A DNA stretch of 64,000 bases, taken from positions 19,034,001 through 19,098,000 of the forward strand of contig CATNEN010000039.1 in assembly GCA_950097015.1 (NCBI GenBank), written 5' to 3'. The notes under the pieces were generated by a model. The model was not told where the DNA came from. It was given only the letters and a program-made list of their open reading frames with translations, and made no database searches. A program made the position numbers and the translations under genes. This DNA is from Macrostomum hystrix. Lineage: Eukaryota > Animalia > Platyhelminthes. Positions within the stretch are counted from its first letter, which is position 1; every line of letters starts with the position of its first letter. Shown here piece after piece: positions 47,935 through 61,834 of this stretch.

Positions 47935-50220
47935 ATCAGTTCTCAGATCCCCTAAACAGTTCTGAAATCCCAAAAACAATTATCAGATCCTTAAAACAGT
48001 TCTTAAATCCCTAAAACAGTTCTCAGATCCCTAAAACAGTCCTCAGATCCCTAAAACAGTCCTTAGATCTCTAAAACAGTTCTCAGATCCCTAAAACAGT
48101 CCTCAGATCCCTAAAACAGTTCTCAGATCCCTAAAACAGTCCTCAGATCCCTAAAACAGTCCTCAGATCCCTAAAACAGTTCTCAGATCCCTAAAACAGT
48201 CCTCAGATCTCTAAAACAGTCCTCAGATCCCTAAAACAGTCCTCAGATCCCTAAAACAGTTCTCAGATCCCTAAAACAGTCCTTAGATCTCTAAAACAGT
48301 TCTCAGATCCCTAAAACAGTCCTCAGATCCCTAAAACAGTTCTCAGATCCCTAAAACAGTCCTCAGATCCCTAAAACAGTCCTCAGATCCCTAAAACAGT
48401 TCTCAGATCCCTAAAACAGTCATCAGATCTCTAAAACAGTCCTCAGATCCCTAAAACAGTCCTCAGATCCCTAAAACAGTTCTCAGATCCCTAAAACAGT
48501 CCTTAGATCTCTAAAACAGTTCTCAGATCCCTAAAACAGTCCTCAGATCCCTAAAACAGTTCTCAGATCCCTAAAACAGTCCTCAGATCCCTAAAACAGT
48601 CCTCAGATCCCTAAAACAGTTCTCAGATCCCTAAAACAGTCCTTAGATCTCTAAAACAGTTCTCAGATCCCTAAAACAGTCCTCAGATCCCTAAAACAGT
48701 TCTCAGATCCCTAAAACAGTCCTCAGATCCCTAAAACAGTCCTCAGATCCCTAAAACAGTTCTCAGATCCCTAAAACAGTCCTCAGATCCCTAAAACAGT
48801 CCTTAGATCTCTAAAACAGTTCTCAGATCCCTAAAACAGTCCTCAGATCCCTAAAACAGTTCTCAGATCCCTAAAACAGTTCTCAGATCCCTAAAACAGT
48901 CCTCAGATCCCTAAAACAGTCCTCAGATCCCTAAAACAGTCCTTAGATCTCTAAAACAGTTCTCAGATCCCTAAAACAGTTCTCAGATCTCTAAAACAGT
49001 CCTCAGATCCCTAAAACAGTCCTCAGATCCCTAAAACAGTCCTCAGATCCCTAAAACAGTTCTCAGATCCCTAAAACAGTCCTCAGATCCCTAAAACAGT
49101 TCTCAGATCCCTAAAACAGTCCTCAGATCCCTAAAACAGTTCTCAGATCCCTAAAACAGTCCTCAGATCCCTAAAACAGTCCTCAGATCCCTAAAACAGT
49201 TCTCAGATCCCTAAAACAGTCCTCAGATCCCTAAAACAGTTCTCAGATCCCTAAAACAGTCCTTAGATCTCTAAAACCGTTCTCAGATCCCTAAAACAGT
49301 CCTCAGATCCCTAAAACAGTTCTCAGATCCCTAAAACAGTTCTCAGATCCCTAAAACAGTCCTCAGATCCCTAAAACAGTCCTCAGATCCCTAAAACAGT
49401 CCTTAGATCTCTAAAACAGTTCTCAGATCCCTAAAACAGTTCTCAGATCTCTAAAACAGTCCTCAGATCCCTAAAACAGTCCTCAGATCCCTAAAACAGT
49501 CCTTAGATCCCTAAAACAGTCCTTAGATCCCTAAAACAGTCCTCAGATCTCTAAAACAGTTCTCAGATCCCTAAAACAGTCCTCAGATCCCTAAAACAGT
49601 CCTCAGATCCCTAAAACAGTCCTCAGATCCCTAAAACAGTTCTCAGATCCCTAAAACAGTCCTCAGATCCCTAAAACAGTCCTTAGATCTCTAAAACAGT
49701 TCTCAGATCTCTAAAACAGTCCTCAGATCCCTAAAACAGTTCTCAGATCCCTAAAACAGTTCTCAGATCTCTAAAACAGTCCTCAGATCCCTAAAACAGT
49801 CCTCAGATCCCTAAAACAGTCCTTAGATCTCTAAAACAGTCCTCAGATCTCTAAAACAGTCCTCAGATCTCTAAAACAGTCCTTAGATCCCTAAAACAGT
49901 CCTCAGATCCCTAAAACAGTCCTCAGATCCCTAAAACAGTCCTCAGATCTCTAAAACAGTCCTCAGATCTCTAAAACAGTCCTCAGATCCCTAAAACAGT
50001 CCTCAGATCCCTAAAACAGTCCTCAGATCCCTAAAACAGTCCTTAGATCCCTAAAACAGTCCTCAGATCCCTAAAACAGTCCTCAGATCCCTAAAACAGT
50101 CCTTAGATCCCTAAAACAGTCCTCAGATCTCTAAAACAGTCCTCAGATCCCTAAAACAGTCCTCAGATCCCTAAAACAGTTCACAGATCCCTAAAACAGT
50201 TCTCAGATCCCTAAAGCAGT
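47935..50220. repeat. 20 bp minisatellite ([C/T]CTCAGATCCCTAAAACAGT), ~2.3 kb
   Basis: >110 in-register copies. Confidence 0.98.
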
Positions 50221-50917
50221 CATGCTGGGAAGCACGTGCCATCCACCTTTGAGACAGATTGAGCGCATTCTCAAAGTAAAGACACAGACATTTTTGATGA
50301 CAGGCGGGCCGATAGGCCAGCGGGAGCAGATGGCCATTTATGCTTAGCGAACAAAAAACGGTCTCAATCAGAGGCTCAATTGAAACTTCGTGTTCTCTCC
50401 CTGGGGGCGAAGTGAACTCACAAACCGTGCAGTTGTCAAGACTGACAAAGATATCCCCACTGAATTCCTCATCTGAGGCCCCAACAAGAGATTTGTATCC
50501 GGGGTCGCGTGGTCTGCAACTCATTTCTCGAAGCTTTCACACCTGGAACTGGGAGCTGTGATTAGCATCGAAACCAAAAGCCTGGCACTAACACTTCCCA
50601 TTGCGCAAGTCTGCCCCCCTGACCCCCACCCCACCCCCTATAGCTAGAGGTGGCACCCGGTAGTCAAAATTACTGGGGCCAGACTTTTCCCTATAGGGAT
50701 TCGTCGTGGCCAGCTTGCCTCCGGATAATTTCCCTTTCTTATTCCCTTTGATTGTTTTTCAGTTTTTGAACTGTGCGTTTGCCTAGGTAACATCCCAATT
50801 AAGCGATTAACTATGAAAAATAGGAATCTCCCATTGCATAAGGAAATTAATTTGGAAGAAATTATATATTGTCTAGAACAGGAACAGGAAAAAAGTCCTG
50901 TTCTATAGCGGCGGTTC

Positions 50918-51070
50918 TAGCCTAGTGGTTAGAACGTGAAGGTCAGGGGTTCGATTCCCTTGCACCAATGGAACAATTGGTGTCCTTTAGCAAGGCATTG
51001 TTTCATGAGGTAATTGAGGATAGCTGTGGCGTCTCCCCAGTCCATGGACTGAACAGTCGTACGCGGCAAT
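50918..51070 (+). mobile_element. SINE family A copy, internally deleted
   Basis: TAGCCTAGTGG A box, GGTTCGATTCCC B box, GTGTCCTTTAGCAAGGCA, CAGTCCATGGACTGAACAG. Confidence 0.75.
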
Positions 51071-51945
51071 AGCTGCTGCTGTACATGTGGCGCAGCTTGG
51101 ACAGGACACATTATTTAAAAATGTGTACCATTAAAAATTCCGAAACCCCAAACTAAACAATCTTAACTATGAATGAACTTGACTACACTAGGATAATTTT
51201 CCCACACTGGAAAACATAAAATTTCGCGGTGGAGTGCGAATGCATTCGCCGATAAAACTTTGCCAGGGATATTTTTTGGGATATTTTGGGATTTAAAAGA
51301 AGAATTAGCGACGCCTGATCGCAGACACACTTCTTCCTGAGTTTCACACTCTATGCCTTCCAAGTGTTGCCAGTGCTACTATACAATTATGCGCCAATAT
51401 TAACTAGGATAATTGCATAGCAACCGAGCATTTCTGTGGCAGTTTCTGACTCCTCGCAGAGGTGTTGTGTTTTTTTCCTGGTTTTCAATTCTGCCACTTC
51501 ACAACCGCATGGCAGCTCACAGTCACTTCTCTTCAACAGCAAGTCGTGCGTGGCTCCGGCGCGACACTTGAAATGCCGAATTTAAAATTCGTTGACAGCG
51601 ACGCGGAAGTCAAATCCTCAATAATTTTGACCCGGCTAGCAACAACAATAAGATCCTCACTTTAGATTCCCCTCTTCTAGTCATTCCCCCAAAGCTGTTT
51701 GACAAAAAACTGCATGCGGATATCAGAAAAAATGTTAAACAGGAAATTCGTTTCGCGACCTGGCTTTTGTTAGGCTTCTCGACTCGGTTGAAGCCACTTG
51801 AAGCAATTCAACTTCTCCCGTAATCCTCAACATTCTTTATAGCTTTGGCCGCAGCTGCCACAGTTCCACTCCTTTGTGGCTGCCGCCTGTAGCATTTCTC
51901 TTGACTCTTTCTCTACCTCTCTACCTTGCTTTTGTCAAGCCCTGC

Positions 51946-52725
51946 CTATCTACCACTCAGCCCCCGTTCATCTACCACTCAGCCCCCGTTCATCTACCAC
52001 TCAGCCCCCGTTCATCTACCACTCTGCCCCCGTTCATCTACCACTCTGCCCCCGTTCATCTACCACTCAGCCCCCGTTCATCTACCACTCAGCCCCCGTT
52101 TATCTACCACTCTGCCCCCGTTCATCTACCACTCTGCCCCCGTTCATCTACCACTCAGCCCCCGTTTATCTACCACTCTGCCCCCGTTTATCTACCACTC
52201 AGCCCCCGTTCATCTACCACTCTGCCCCCGTTCATCTACCACTCTGCCCCCTGCCTCTCCCCCTCTTTTCCCTCTGTCTCTCCTTCCCTCTGCCCCCTGT
52301 CTCTGATTCCCTCTGCCCCCTGTCTCTCCGTCTCTCCTCTCTGCCCCCCCTGTTTATGATTCTCTCTGCCCCTTTCTCTGATTCTCTCTGCCCCCTGTCT
52401 CTCCTCTCTGCCCCCTGTCTCTCCTTCCCTCTGCCCACTGTCTCTGATTCTCTCTGCCCCCTGTCTCTCCTCTCTGCCCCCTGTCTCTCCTTCCCTCTGC
52501 CCCCTGTCTCTCCTTCCCTCTGCCCTCTGTCTCTGATTCTCTCTGCCCCCTGTCTCTCCTTTCTGCCCCCTGTCTCTCCTCTCTGCCCCCTGTCTCTCCT
52601 CACTGCCCCCTGTCTCTCCTCACTGCCCCCTGTCTCTCCACTCTGCCCCCAGTCTCTCCTTCTCACTGCCCCCAGTCTCTCCTTCTCACTGCCCCCTGTC
52701 TCTCCACTCTGCCCCCTGTCTCTCC
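51946..52725. repeat. 22 bp minisatellite (TCTACCACTC[A/T]GCCCCCGTTCA) grading into a CTCTGCCCCCTGTCTCTCCT array
   Basis: Two abutting arrays sharing a CTCTGCCCCC core. Confidence 0.92.
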
Positions 52726-53284
52726 AACTATCTGCCTCTGCATGTCTTCCAGTCCAACAACCCAAATGGCTTATAAACAAAACAAAACTAACGGTTGCCT
52801 CTACAGTTATCTCACACTGCTGAACAGCGTGGATGGAAAATTAAAATTAACTAAGGCTTAGATATCTTCTATTGCGTCGAAGACACCTTTAGAGAATCTA
52901 CTTAGAGCTAAGCCTCAGTTAAAGTTTTAGTTTACGAGAAGAAAGAATTCCACTTGCGCCCAAAAGACTGTAAATCTTGTCTTTGATTTTAAAATAGACA
53001 TATTTCTAAGATATTTAAGGCCACTTGCATAATCGATTTTGTGCCTTGCGCAAAACAAGCGAAGGAAGCCATGCAGTTTTATGACCCAGCCAGGTGCAAA
53101 ATGAAAGATTTATTACTTAAGAAACGTTAAACTATGAACGTAATAGAAGATTGCAAAGCCAAGGCGAAGATTTCGCATTGACGATTCCATATTTGAAAAT
53201 GGCCATAATGGATGGAATGTTGAAGAAATGCTAAATGCAAAAAATACAGAAGATATAGGGGAGGCAAGGATAATTGTAAGGGGT

Positions 53285-53812
53285 GAGAGTGCAGAAATTA
53301 GGGTAGAGGAGAGGGAAGAAATTAGGGTAGAGGAGAGGGAAGAAATTAGGGTAGAGAAGAGTGCAGAAATTAGGGTAGAGGAGAGGGAAGAAATTAGGGT
53401 AGAGGAGAGGGAAGAAATTAGGGTAGAGGAGAGGGAAGAAATTAGGGTAGAGGAGAGGGAAGAAATTAGGGTAGAGGAGAGGGAAGAAATTAGGGTAGAG
53501 GAGAGGGAAGAAATTAGGGTAGAGGAGAGGGCTGAGAGGGAAGAAATTAGGGTAGAGGAGAGGGCTGAGAGGGAAGAAATTAGGGTAGAGGAGAGGGCTG
53601 AGAGGGAAGAAATTAGGGTAGAGGAGAGGGCTGAGAGGGAAGAAATTAGGGTAGAGGAGAGGGCTGAGAGGGAAGAAATTAGGGTAGAGGAGAGGGAAGA
53701 AATTAGGGTAGAGGAGAGGGAAGAAATTAGGGTAGAGGAGAGGGCTGAGAGGGAAGAAATTAGGGTAGAGGAGAGGGCTGAGAGGGAAGAAATTAGGGTA
53801 GAGGAGAGGAAG
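53285..53812. repeat. 24/33 bp minisatellite (GAAATTAGGGTAGAGGAGAGG[GCTGAGAGG]GAA)
   Basis: ~18 copies, each containing TTAGGG. Confidence 0.95.
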
Positions 53813-54509
53813 TGAGGGGAGAAATGGGGGCAGGGATGAGAGGTGGAAAAATTGAGTAGAAATGTGAGAGAATGGCTGAGTGGGATTTGAATTTCAGACA
53901 TTTCAGTCGCCATATGGATGTCAAATGCAGAGCACTGGGCACGGCATGCCATCATTTCTAAGCGTGCAGGCGATTGAAGCGAACAAAGACTCTTGAAGCG
54001 AGCTCACAAAGACCTTAGCTTGAGTCCTCCGCCATTGATTGCTCCTAAAATTGAGCCAGTCACCAGCAAACAAAGACCCGATATCCTCACACAATCGGTA
54101 AATATAAAATCACTAACGGTATGGTTTGGAAAGCAGAGATTTTTTGTTAGAAGAAAAAAATGGCTGCCAAAAATGTTGGCCTCGTGCCGTAGAGAAATTT
54201 TCTAGATTTGGCGACACAACTCAAACGGGAACAATCAATCCTTCGTGCGGTCAGCGGAGTTCCGCCACGTGCCCCCCATTCGACTTTGTTGGTCACTTTT
54301 TGTGTAGGTTCCGTTAGTCAAAGATTTCAGTAAAGGCGAATATAAAACCAGGGTGGAGACAAAGACACAGCAGGCTTCAATGGACCCAAATGACCAAATC
54401 CCTTGAGACGGACGGTCTAGAGTTTTGATCTAACTAGCTTGGTTCCTCAGCTCAAATCGTCCTGTCCATTTTTTCTTTGGCTTCTTCCTTACTGTAGCCC
54501 ACTCCACGA

Positions 54510-55860
54510 CTTCTCTCCATCTCTCCCCTCTTCATATCTTATCTACATCCCTCCCCTCTCCATATCTCATCTCCATCTCTCCCCTCTCCATATCTTATCT
54601 ACATCCCTCCCCTCTCCATATCTCATCTCCATCTCTCCACTCTCCATATCTCATCTCCATCTCTCCCCTCTTCATATCTTATCTACATCCCTCCCCTCTC
54701 CATATCTCATATCCATCTCTCCCCTCTCCATATCACATCTCCATCTCTCCCCTCTTCATATCTTATCTACATCCCTCCCCTCTCCATATCTCATATCCAT
54801 CTCTCCCCTCTTCATATCTTATCTACATCCCTCCCCTCTCCATATCTCATATCCATCTCTCCCCTCTTCATATCTTATCTACATCCCTCCCCTCTCCATA
54901 TCTCATCTCCATCTCTCCCCTCTCCATATCTTATCTACATCCCTCCCGTCTCCATATCTCATCTCCATCTATCCACTCTCCATATCTCATCTCCATCTCT
55001 CCCCTCTCCACATCTCATCTCCATCTCTCCACTCTCCATATCTCATCTCCATCTCTCCCCTCTCCACATCTCATCTCCATCTCTCCACTCTCCATATCTC
55101 ATCTCCATCTCTCCCCTCTTCATATCTCATCTCCATCTCTCCCCTCTTCATATCTTATCTACATCCCTCCCCTCTCCATATCTCATATCCATCTCTCCCC
55201 TCTCCATATCACATCTCCATCTCTCCCCTCTTCATATCTTATCTACATCCCTCCCCTCTCCATATCTCATATCCATCTCTCCCCTCTCCATATCTCATCT
55301 CCATCTCTCCCCTCTTCATATCTTATCTACATCCCTCCCCTCTCCATATCTCATATCCATCTCTCCCCTCTCCATATCACATCTCCATCTCTCCCCTCTT
55401 CATATCTTATCTACATCCCTCCCCTCTCCATATCTCATATCCATCTCTCCCCTCTCCATATCACATCTCCATCTCTCCCCTCTTCATATCTTATCTACAT
55501 CCCTCCCCTCTCCATATCTAATATCCATCTCTCCAATCTCCATATCTCATATCCATCTCTCCCCTCTCCATATCTCATCTCCATCTCTCCACTCTCCATA
55601 TCTCATCTCCATCTCTCCCCTCTTCATATCTTATCTACATCCCTCCCCTCTCCATATCTCATATCCATCTCTCCCCTCTCCATATCTCATCTCCATTCCT
55701 CCCCTCTCCATATTTCATTTACATCTCTCCCCTCTCCATTTCTCTATTTATCCACTCCATCTCTTTATGTATCCCCACTCCATCTCTCTATCTCTCCCCA
55801 CTCCATTTCTCATCTTTCTTTCTCTCGACTCTCCATCTCCCATCTCTACATCTCTCCCCT
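54510..55860. repeat. 28 bp pyrimidine-rich minisatellite (CTCCCCTCTCCATATCTCATCTCCATCT)
   Basis: ~45 copies with alternating variants. Confidence 0.95.
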
Positions 55861-57019
55861 TTTCATTTCTCCTCTTCTCTATCAGACGATCTCCATCACC
55901 TTTTCTTATCTTATCTTTATATTAACTTTATGCATTCTTCTATATTTTTTTTCACAATTTTACCCTAATTAAATAATCACCTTATTCTCTTCGCATCAGT
56001 ACCTAATAAGATTTTAATAATTAATATTTCGAACGCATTATATCACCTAGTCCGATGTTTCCATTAGTTTAATCTATAAGAAAGTCATAAAGCAATTAAA
56101 TATCTGTACAGGTGGCATCAGGTACGACAGTTCCTATAGATTTAAATGATTTACAGCTCGTACAGGCAAATGGACCAGATGTTGAATTCCGGAGAAGTTA
56201 ATAGATAATCTTATAAAATACATTTCTCTCTTCGGCCTTATATAAAACTAGCTAAGCACACTAGCTAGGCAGACGATAGACTTCTTTAGATGCTATTTTT
56301 AGAAGTATATGGATCAGTTGAACTCGTATCAGAAGTTTTTTTTAATCTCCGACAATTCTCCCCATCATCCCGCATTTTCCCGTCAGAATCCAGACGGACC
56401 ACCCGCTAGAATTTTCCCCTATACAAAACAAGAAAGAACCACAGATTTTTTATATTTATACATTTTATAACCCGCCTCGCGAGCAGGTTATACTTGTGTG
56501 CTCATGCCGAGTTTCAATTTGAGAATCTACAGCATAAAATTTATGATTTCCATTATAACAAAAAAACTCAACACCGGGACATCTGGGATGCGGGGTTGGA
56601 GAAGAGGGAGAATTCAATGGCACGCGCTCAAGTTCTATAAAAGCTCAATAGAGAAACCTCGAAAGCAGATCTGATATTTAAAATAACAAAAAACCGAAGC
56701 GATAAACTGTTTTTTTTAATGCCGGCTTCCATTTCTGTCATTCTCTCTCTCTTACCTGGTCGCAATCGACGAGATTATTTTCGAAATAAATTTGGGAATA
56801 TTTTTTTCACATTTGTTATGCAGAGGGCACACAGGTAGACCATTGCTGCTCTCTTTGTTTTAAAATATAAAATATTCATTTTCTCAACTGCTAAGTACTT
56901 GAATATTCATTTAGCTCGTTTAACAAGCTTTCAACCACGTTTATTATCTTAAAAATAAATGATTAAAATGGCAGTATTAATATGATATGATAGAATTTTA
57001 GAACGAAATTTTAGCGTTT

Positions 57020-57973
57020 TGGAGTAGGATGTTAGCATTCTGGAGCAGGATGTTATGATTCTGGAACAGGGTGTTATGATTCTGGAACAGGATGTTATGA
57101 TTCTGGAACAGGGTGTTATGATTCTGGAACAGGGTGTTATGATTCTGGAACAGGGTGTTATGATTCTGGAGCAGGATGTTATGATTCTGGAGCAGGGTGT
57201 TATGATTCTGGAACAGGGTGTTATGATTCTGGAACAGGGTGTTATGATTCTGGAACAGGGTGTTATGATTCTGGAACAGGGTGTTATGCTTCTGGAACAG
57301 GGTGTTATGATTCTGGAACAGGGTGTTATGATTCTGGAGCAGGGTGTTATGATTCTGGAACAGGGTGTTATGATTCTGGAACAGGGTGTTATGATTCTGG
57401 AACAGGGTGTTATGATTCTGGAACAGGGTGTTATGATTCTGGAGCAGGATGTTGTGATTCTGGAGCAGGGTGTTATGATTCTGGAACAGGGTGTTATGAT
57501 TCTGGAACAGGGTGTTATGATTCTGGAACAGGGTGTTATGATTCTGGAGCAGGATGTTGTGATTCTGGAGCAGGGTGTTATGATTCTGGAACAGGGTGTT
57601 ATGATTCTGGAACAGGGTGTTATGATTCTGGAGCAGGATGTTATGATTCTGGAGCAGGGTGTTATGATTCTGGAACAGGGTGTTATGATTCTGGAACAGG
57701 GTGTTATGATTCTGGAGCAGGATGTTATGATTCTGGAACAGGGTGTGATGATTCTGGAGCAGGGTGTTATGATTCTGGAACAGGGTGTTATGATTCTGGA
57801 GCAGGATGCTATGATCCTGGAACAGGGTTTCAGGATTATAGAACAGGGTGTTATGATTATAGAACAGGGCGTTAGGATTATAGAATAGGGCGTTAGGATT
57901 ATAGAACAGGGTGTTAGGATTATAGAACAGGATTAGGATTCTGGAACAGGGTGTTAGGATTCTGAAACAGGAT
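57020..57973. repeat. 21 bp minisatellite (ATGATTCTGGAACAGGGTGTT)
   Basis: ~45 copies; yields the spurious (MILEQGV)n ORF. Confidence 0.97.
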
Positions 57974-58514
57974 GTAGTAAAGACGACTAAAACAGGGTGT
58001 CAATCAGACTGAGTAATAAAAACACATCTTTAAAAATATGTAGAAATTGTAGAAACCAAGTAGAAAGCCCTTCGGTTTAAACGGGGGATCCGCGCGGCAT
58101 AAATCTAGGATATTTCACAGAATGGCGATTTTTCATTTCGCAGTCATAAATGTCCCGACACGAGCCACAGTGAAACTTTTGAATTTCAAATCAACATAAA
58201 AAATAGTTGTATCGAATTTTGCGGAAGTCCCACACAGAATTGCCAGCATGCACAAACAGTTGCAGCGGAGACTGCGAAATACACTAGGCCTAAATAAAAG
58301 CAAAATCTGCAACTGATGAAAAAAATGGATACAATAAGCAGGAAATACAATCCGTTTATGTGACACCAAAACACTGAAAAGCTTTCCGCCGAAAAATGTT
58401 GAATATTTACGAGTTGAATAAAACTAGACAACTGTAGCCAACTGAACGCCTATTTGCTAGGCTGATGAAACTAGTGGACAAAATAGCTGTGATGAAATCA
58501 GGCCATCTACATCC

Positions 58515-59360
58515 CATCTCTCCATCTCTCCATCTACCTGCCTGTCTCTCTGTCTACCTGCCTGTCTCTCCGTCTACCTGCCTGTCTCTCTGTCTACCTG
58601 CCTGTCTCTCCATCTACCTGCCTGTCTCTCCATCTACCTGCCTGTCTCTCCATCTACCTGCCTGTCTCTCCTTCTACCTGCCTGTCTCTCCGTCTACCTG
58701 CCTGTCTCTCCTTCTACCTGCCTGTCTCTCCGTCTACCTGCCTGTCTCTCCGTCTACCTGCCTGTCTCTCCATCTACCTGCCTGTCTCTCCATCTTCCTG
58801 CCTGTCTCTCCTTCTACCTGCCTGTCTCTCCGTCTACCTGCCTGTCTCTCTGTCTACCTGCCTGTCTCTCTGTCTAACTGCCTGTCTCTCCGTCTACCTG
58901 CCTGTCTCTCCATCTACCTGCCTGTCTCTCTGTCTACCTGCCTGTCTCTCCGTCTACCTGCCTGTCTCTCCATCTACCTGCCTGTCTCTCCATCTACCTG
59001 CCTGTCTCTCCGTCTACCTGCCTGTCTCTCCGTCTATTTTCCTGTCTCTCCATCTACCTGCCTGTCTCTCTGTCTACCTGCCTGTCTCTCCGTTTACCTG
59101 CCTGTCTCTCCATCTACCTGCCTGTCTCTCTGTCTACCTGCCTGTCTCTGTCTACCTGCCTGTCTCTCCATCTACCTGCCTGTCTCTCCATCTACCTGCC
59201 TGTCTCTGTCTACCTGCCTGTCTCTCTGTCTACCTGCCTGTCTCTCTGTCTACCTGCCTGTCTCTCCATCTACCTGCCTGTCTCTCCGTCTACCTGCCTG
59301 TCTCTCCATCTACCTGCCTGTCTCTCCATCTACCTGCCTGTCTCTCCATCAACATGCCTG
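58515..59360. repeat. 20 bp minisatellite (CATCTACCTGCCTGTCTCTC)
   Basis: ~42 copies. Confidence 0.97.
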
Positions 59361-60555
59361 TCTTTCTCTATCTACCCTATCTACCTATCTATCTACCCTA
59401 TCTACCTATCTCTCTATCTGTTTACCTATCTATCGACCTACATGTCTATCTACTTAACTATCTATCTATCAAATGTTGAAACGTTACAATTTAATAGTAG
59501 GACCGATTGTCAAAATATCGATCAGTAATAAAAAATCCTATAAAATCCGAAATGCGCTCGCAAAGCGATACATAGACACGTGGCATCATTAATAATCAGT
59601 GTATCGAAGCTAAACGTGTTAGGAATTCATATCTTCTACGCGTAATATGAAATCGCCATAAGGGCGACCGGTCATAGCCGCTGTGGGCGACACGCGTCAA
59701 TTGAGAAGCATTCTTGAAGGACAAGACCGTGGCGCAGGACTGACTATACTGGAGCAGATGGTCAGCGAGATGGACACAACTGACTTGAGTCAAAAATGAG
59801 GGGGGGGCGAATCGTATAGACTCAAAAACGGAGACTAGCTATCGCATCGATGCGGTGGCCGGGTTTCCACTTATTCCCCCATCCGCTAGACTAGACCCGA
59901 TTACGCAATCACTCCGCTCCCATTGTCCTCATAGGGGAGAAGGCGCTATAGGGAAGTTTGAAGGGTCCTCCTTCATTCCTCCATACCCACTGCATCTGCA
60001 ATAGTTTGAGCAGGACTCACAGATGGCATTGTGATATATATGCTGAGCATGATATATTATATCTTTGGCTAATCTACAATATACACTGAGTGCATTCCCA
60101 GATACCTCCAGCAATCCGCTGACAGGCTCCATTTTTCATAGTTAAACTATGTCTATCTTTTATACAAGACAGCCAAGTTTTCACATTGACACACAAACCC
60201 AATGCACACGTGGACAATTTCTCAGAAGTTGTTCGTGTTAGCAGGTCAAACTTCTAGATATGATAGCCCGCATGGATGCTCGATTTCCCATATCCCATAA
60301 ATGAAAGATGACTGAGTACTGACAGAGTCGGCATGCGGGAGATGGCTTGTATTTGGAATGAGCAAACACTGTAGATTCCCATACGACAACAGACAATGAG
60401 ATATGACTGACAGCAGTTAATTTTCATGGGTGCAAGAATAGAGCGATGTTTTAGCATACGGGGTCGGAAACCTTGGGGAAACAGGTGAGTAACTTCGCGG
60501 GTCAAACAGATAATCAAAAAAGACGACAGTCGACTAAATTGACAGTGAAAAGATG

Positions 60556-60855
60556 CAGAGAGATGAGACAGTGGAGAGATGAGACATTGGAGAGATGAGA
60601 CATTGGAGAGATGAGACATTGGAGAGATGAGACAGTGGCGAGATGAGACATTGGAGAGATGAGACAGTGGCGAGATGAGACATTGGAGAGATGAGACAGT
60701 GGCGAGATAAGGCAGAGGAGAGATAAGACAGGGGAGAGATAAGACAGGGGAGAGATAAGGCAGAGGAGAGATAAGACAGGGGAGAGATAAGACAGGGGAG
60801 AGATAAGGCAGAGGAGAGATAAGACAGGGGAGAGATAAGACAGTTGTGAGATAAG
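60556..60855. repeat. 16 bp GA-rich minisatellite (GAGAGAT[G/A]AGACA...)
   Basis: Same family as the 2.3k array. Confidence 0.9.
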
Positions 60856-61740
60856 AAACAAATAAGAGATATAAGGAGAGAAGGGAGTGTTAGGGACTGG
60901 ATTTAGAAGTCCCTAAAGCCGCAACAGGCCTGGGGGCAGTAGTCTTCCAACCCTTGTGTAAAAAGTCATTTCTATATTCAAAAACCTGCATTATAAGATC
61001 AAACAAAATCTAACAGAAAAAATCTGGACAGGAAATAATAAAAAAGAACGAACATGTAATAGAAATTGTATCGAAATTATTAAAATCTAAATTTTAAGTC
61101 TGCAGTCTAAGGCGGCACACGGGTGGACAAATATATTGAATCGAACAATGGGCACGCGCCTATTCAATCGTTGAGAGCACACAGACTTTTAAGCCCCACT
61201 TCGATACTCAAGAATTCAATTGAATGGCACGTGGTTGAGAACGAAATAGTTCTCAAATCTGCGGTTTTTCGCCTCACGGAATCAATCAAATCTATTGAGT
61301 GTAGTTCTAGTTGTAGGCATATAGAAGAACTTATGGGGCGTGCGAATATAACAGGCTCATTAAATTTCTCGAGCGGAACAAGTAGAACAGCTAGATGAAC
61401 GAATTAATGAGTTGAATTATTCATGAATCCTCAGTCCTAGATCCGGATTGGGTTTTGTTACTTTTTTTCCTCTTCTAAATAAATAAAGGAAACTCCATTT
61501 AGGTACGAAATTGCATGAAAGGAAAGGAGACGGATTTTTCTCTAGAAAAATCAAAGATAACAAACTTATTGTTTTATCTGTCAAAACAAGAAACTGTATC
61601 AGATTTAGCCACATGCACTACTGACTAATACGAGTAGTATGTGGAGATAGTAGCTTTTCAAGAATATTAAAACCACAAAACATCACCTATTTAGAACAGA
61701 AAAGCAAGCCTAATTAAAAAAATAAATATAAATTGCTTAC

Positions 61741-61834
61741 CTTTCTGGAGTGAAAGTTGATGATGTAACAAATCTGGTACACAATTTCAGCAATTACCGG
61801 GTCTTCTGATGCAGTAAAATAACTTTTAAGACAG
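61741..61834 (-). other. Candidate isolated internal exon (94 nt)
   Basis: CTTCCTTTCAG acceptor, AAG|GTAAGC donor, one open frame (CLKSYFTASEDPVIAEIVYQICYIINFHSRK); no recognisable homology. Confidence 0.25.

Noticed and set aside
47935-50220. Regular 20 bp arrays as possible CRISPR arrays (also 23.9k and 30.8k)
   Set aside because: Head-to-tail units with no unique spacers, no cas genes, eukaryotic context
57055-57888. (MILEQGV)n heptad ORF; likewise (EEREEIRV)n at 53.2k
   Set aside because: Unit length is a multiple of 3, the array continues past the stop and loses frame, and there is no unique coding flank
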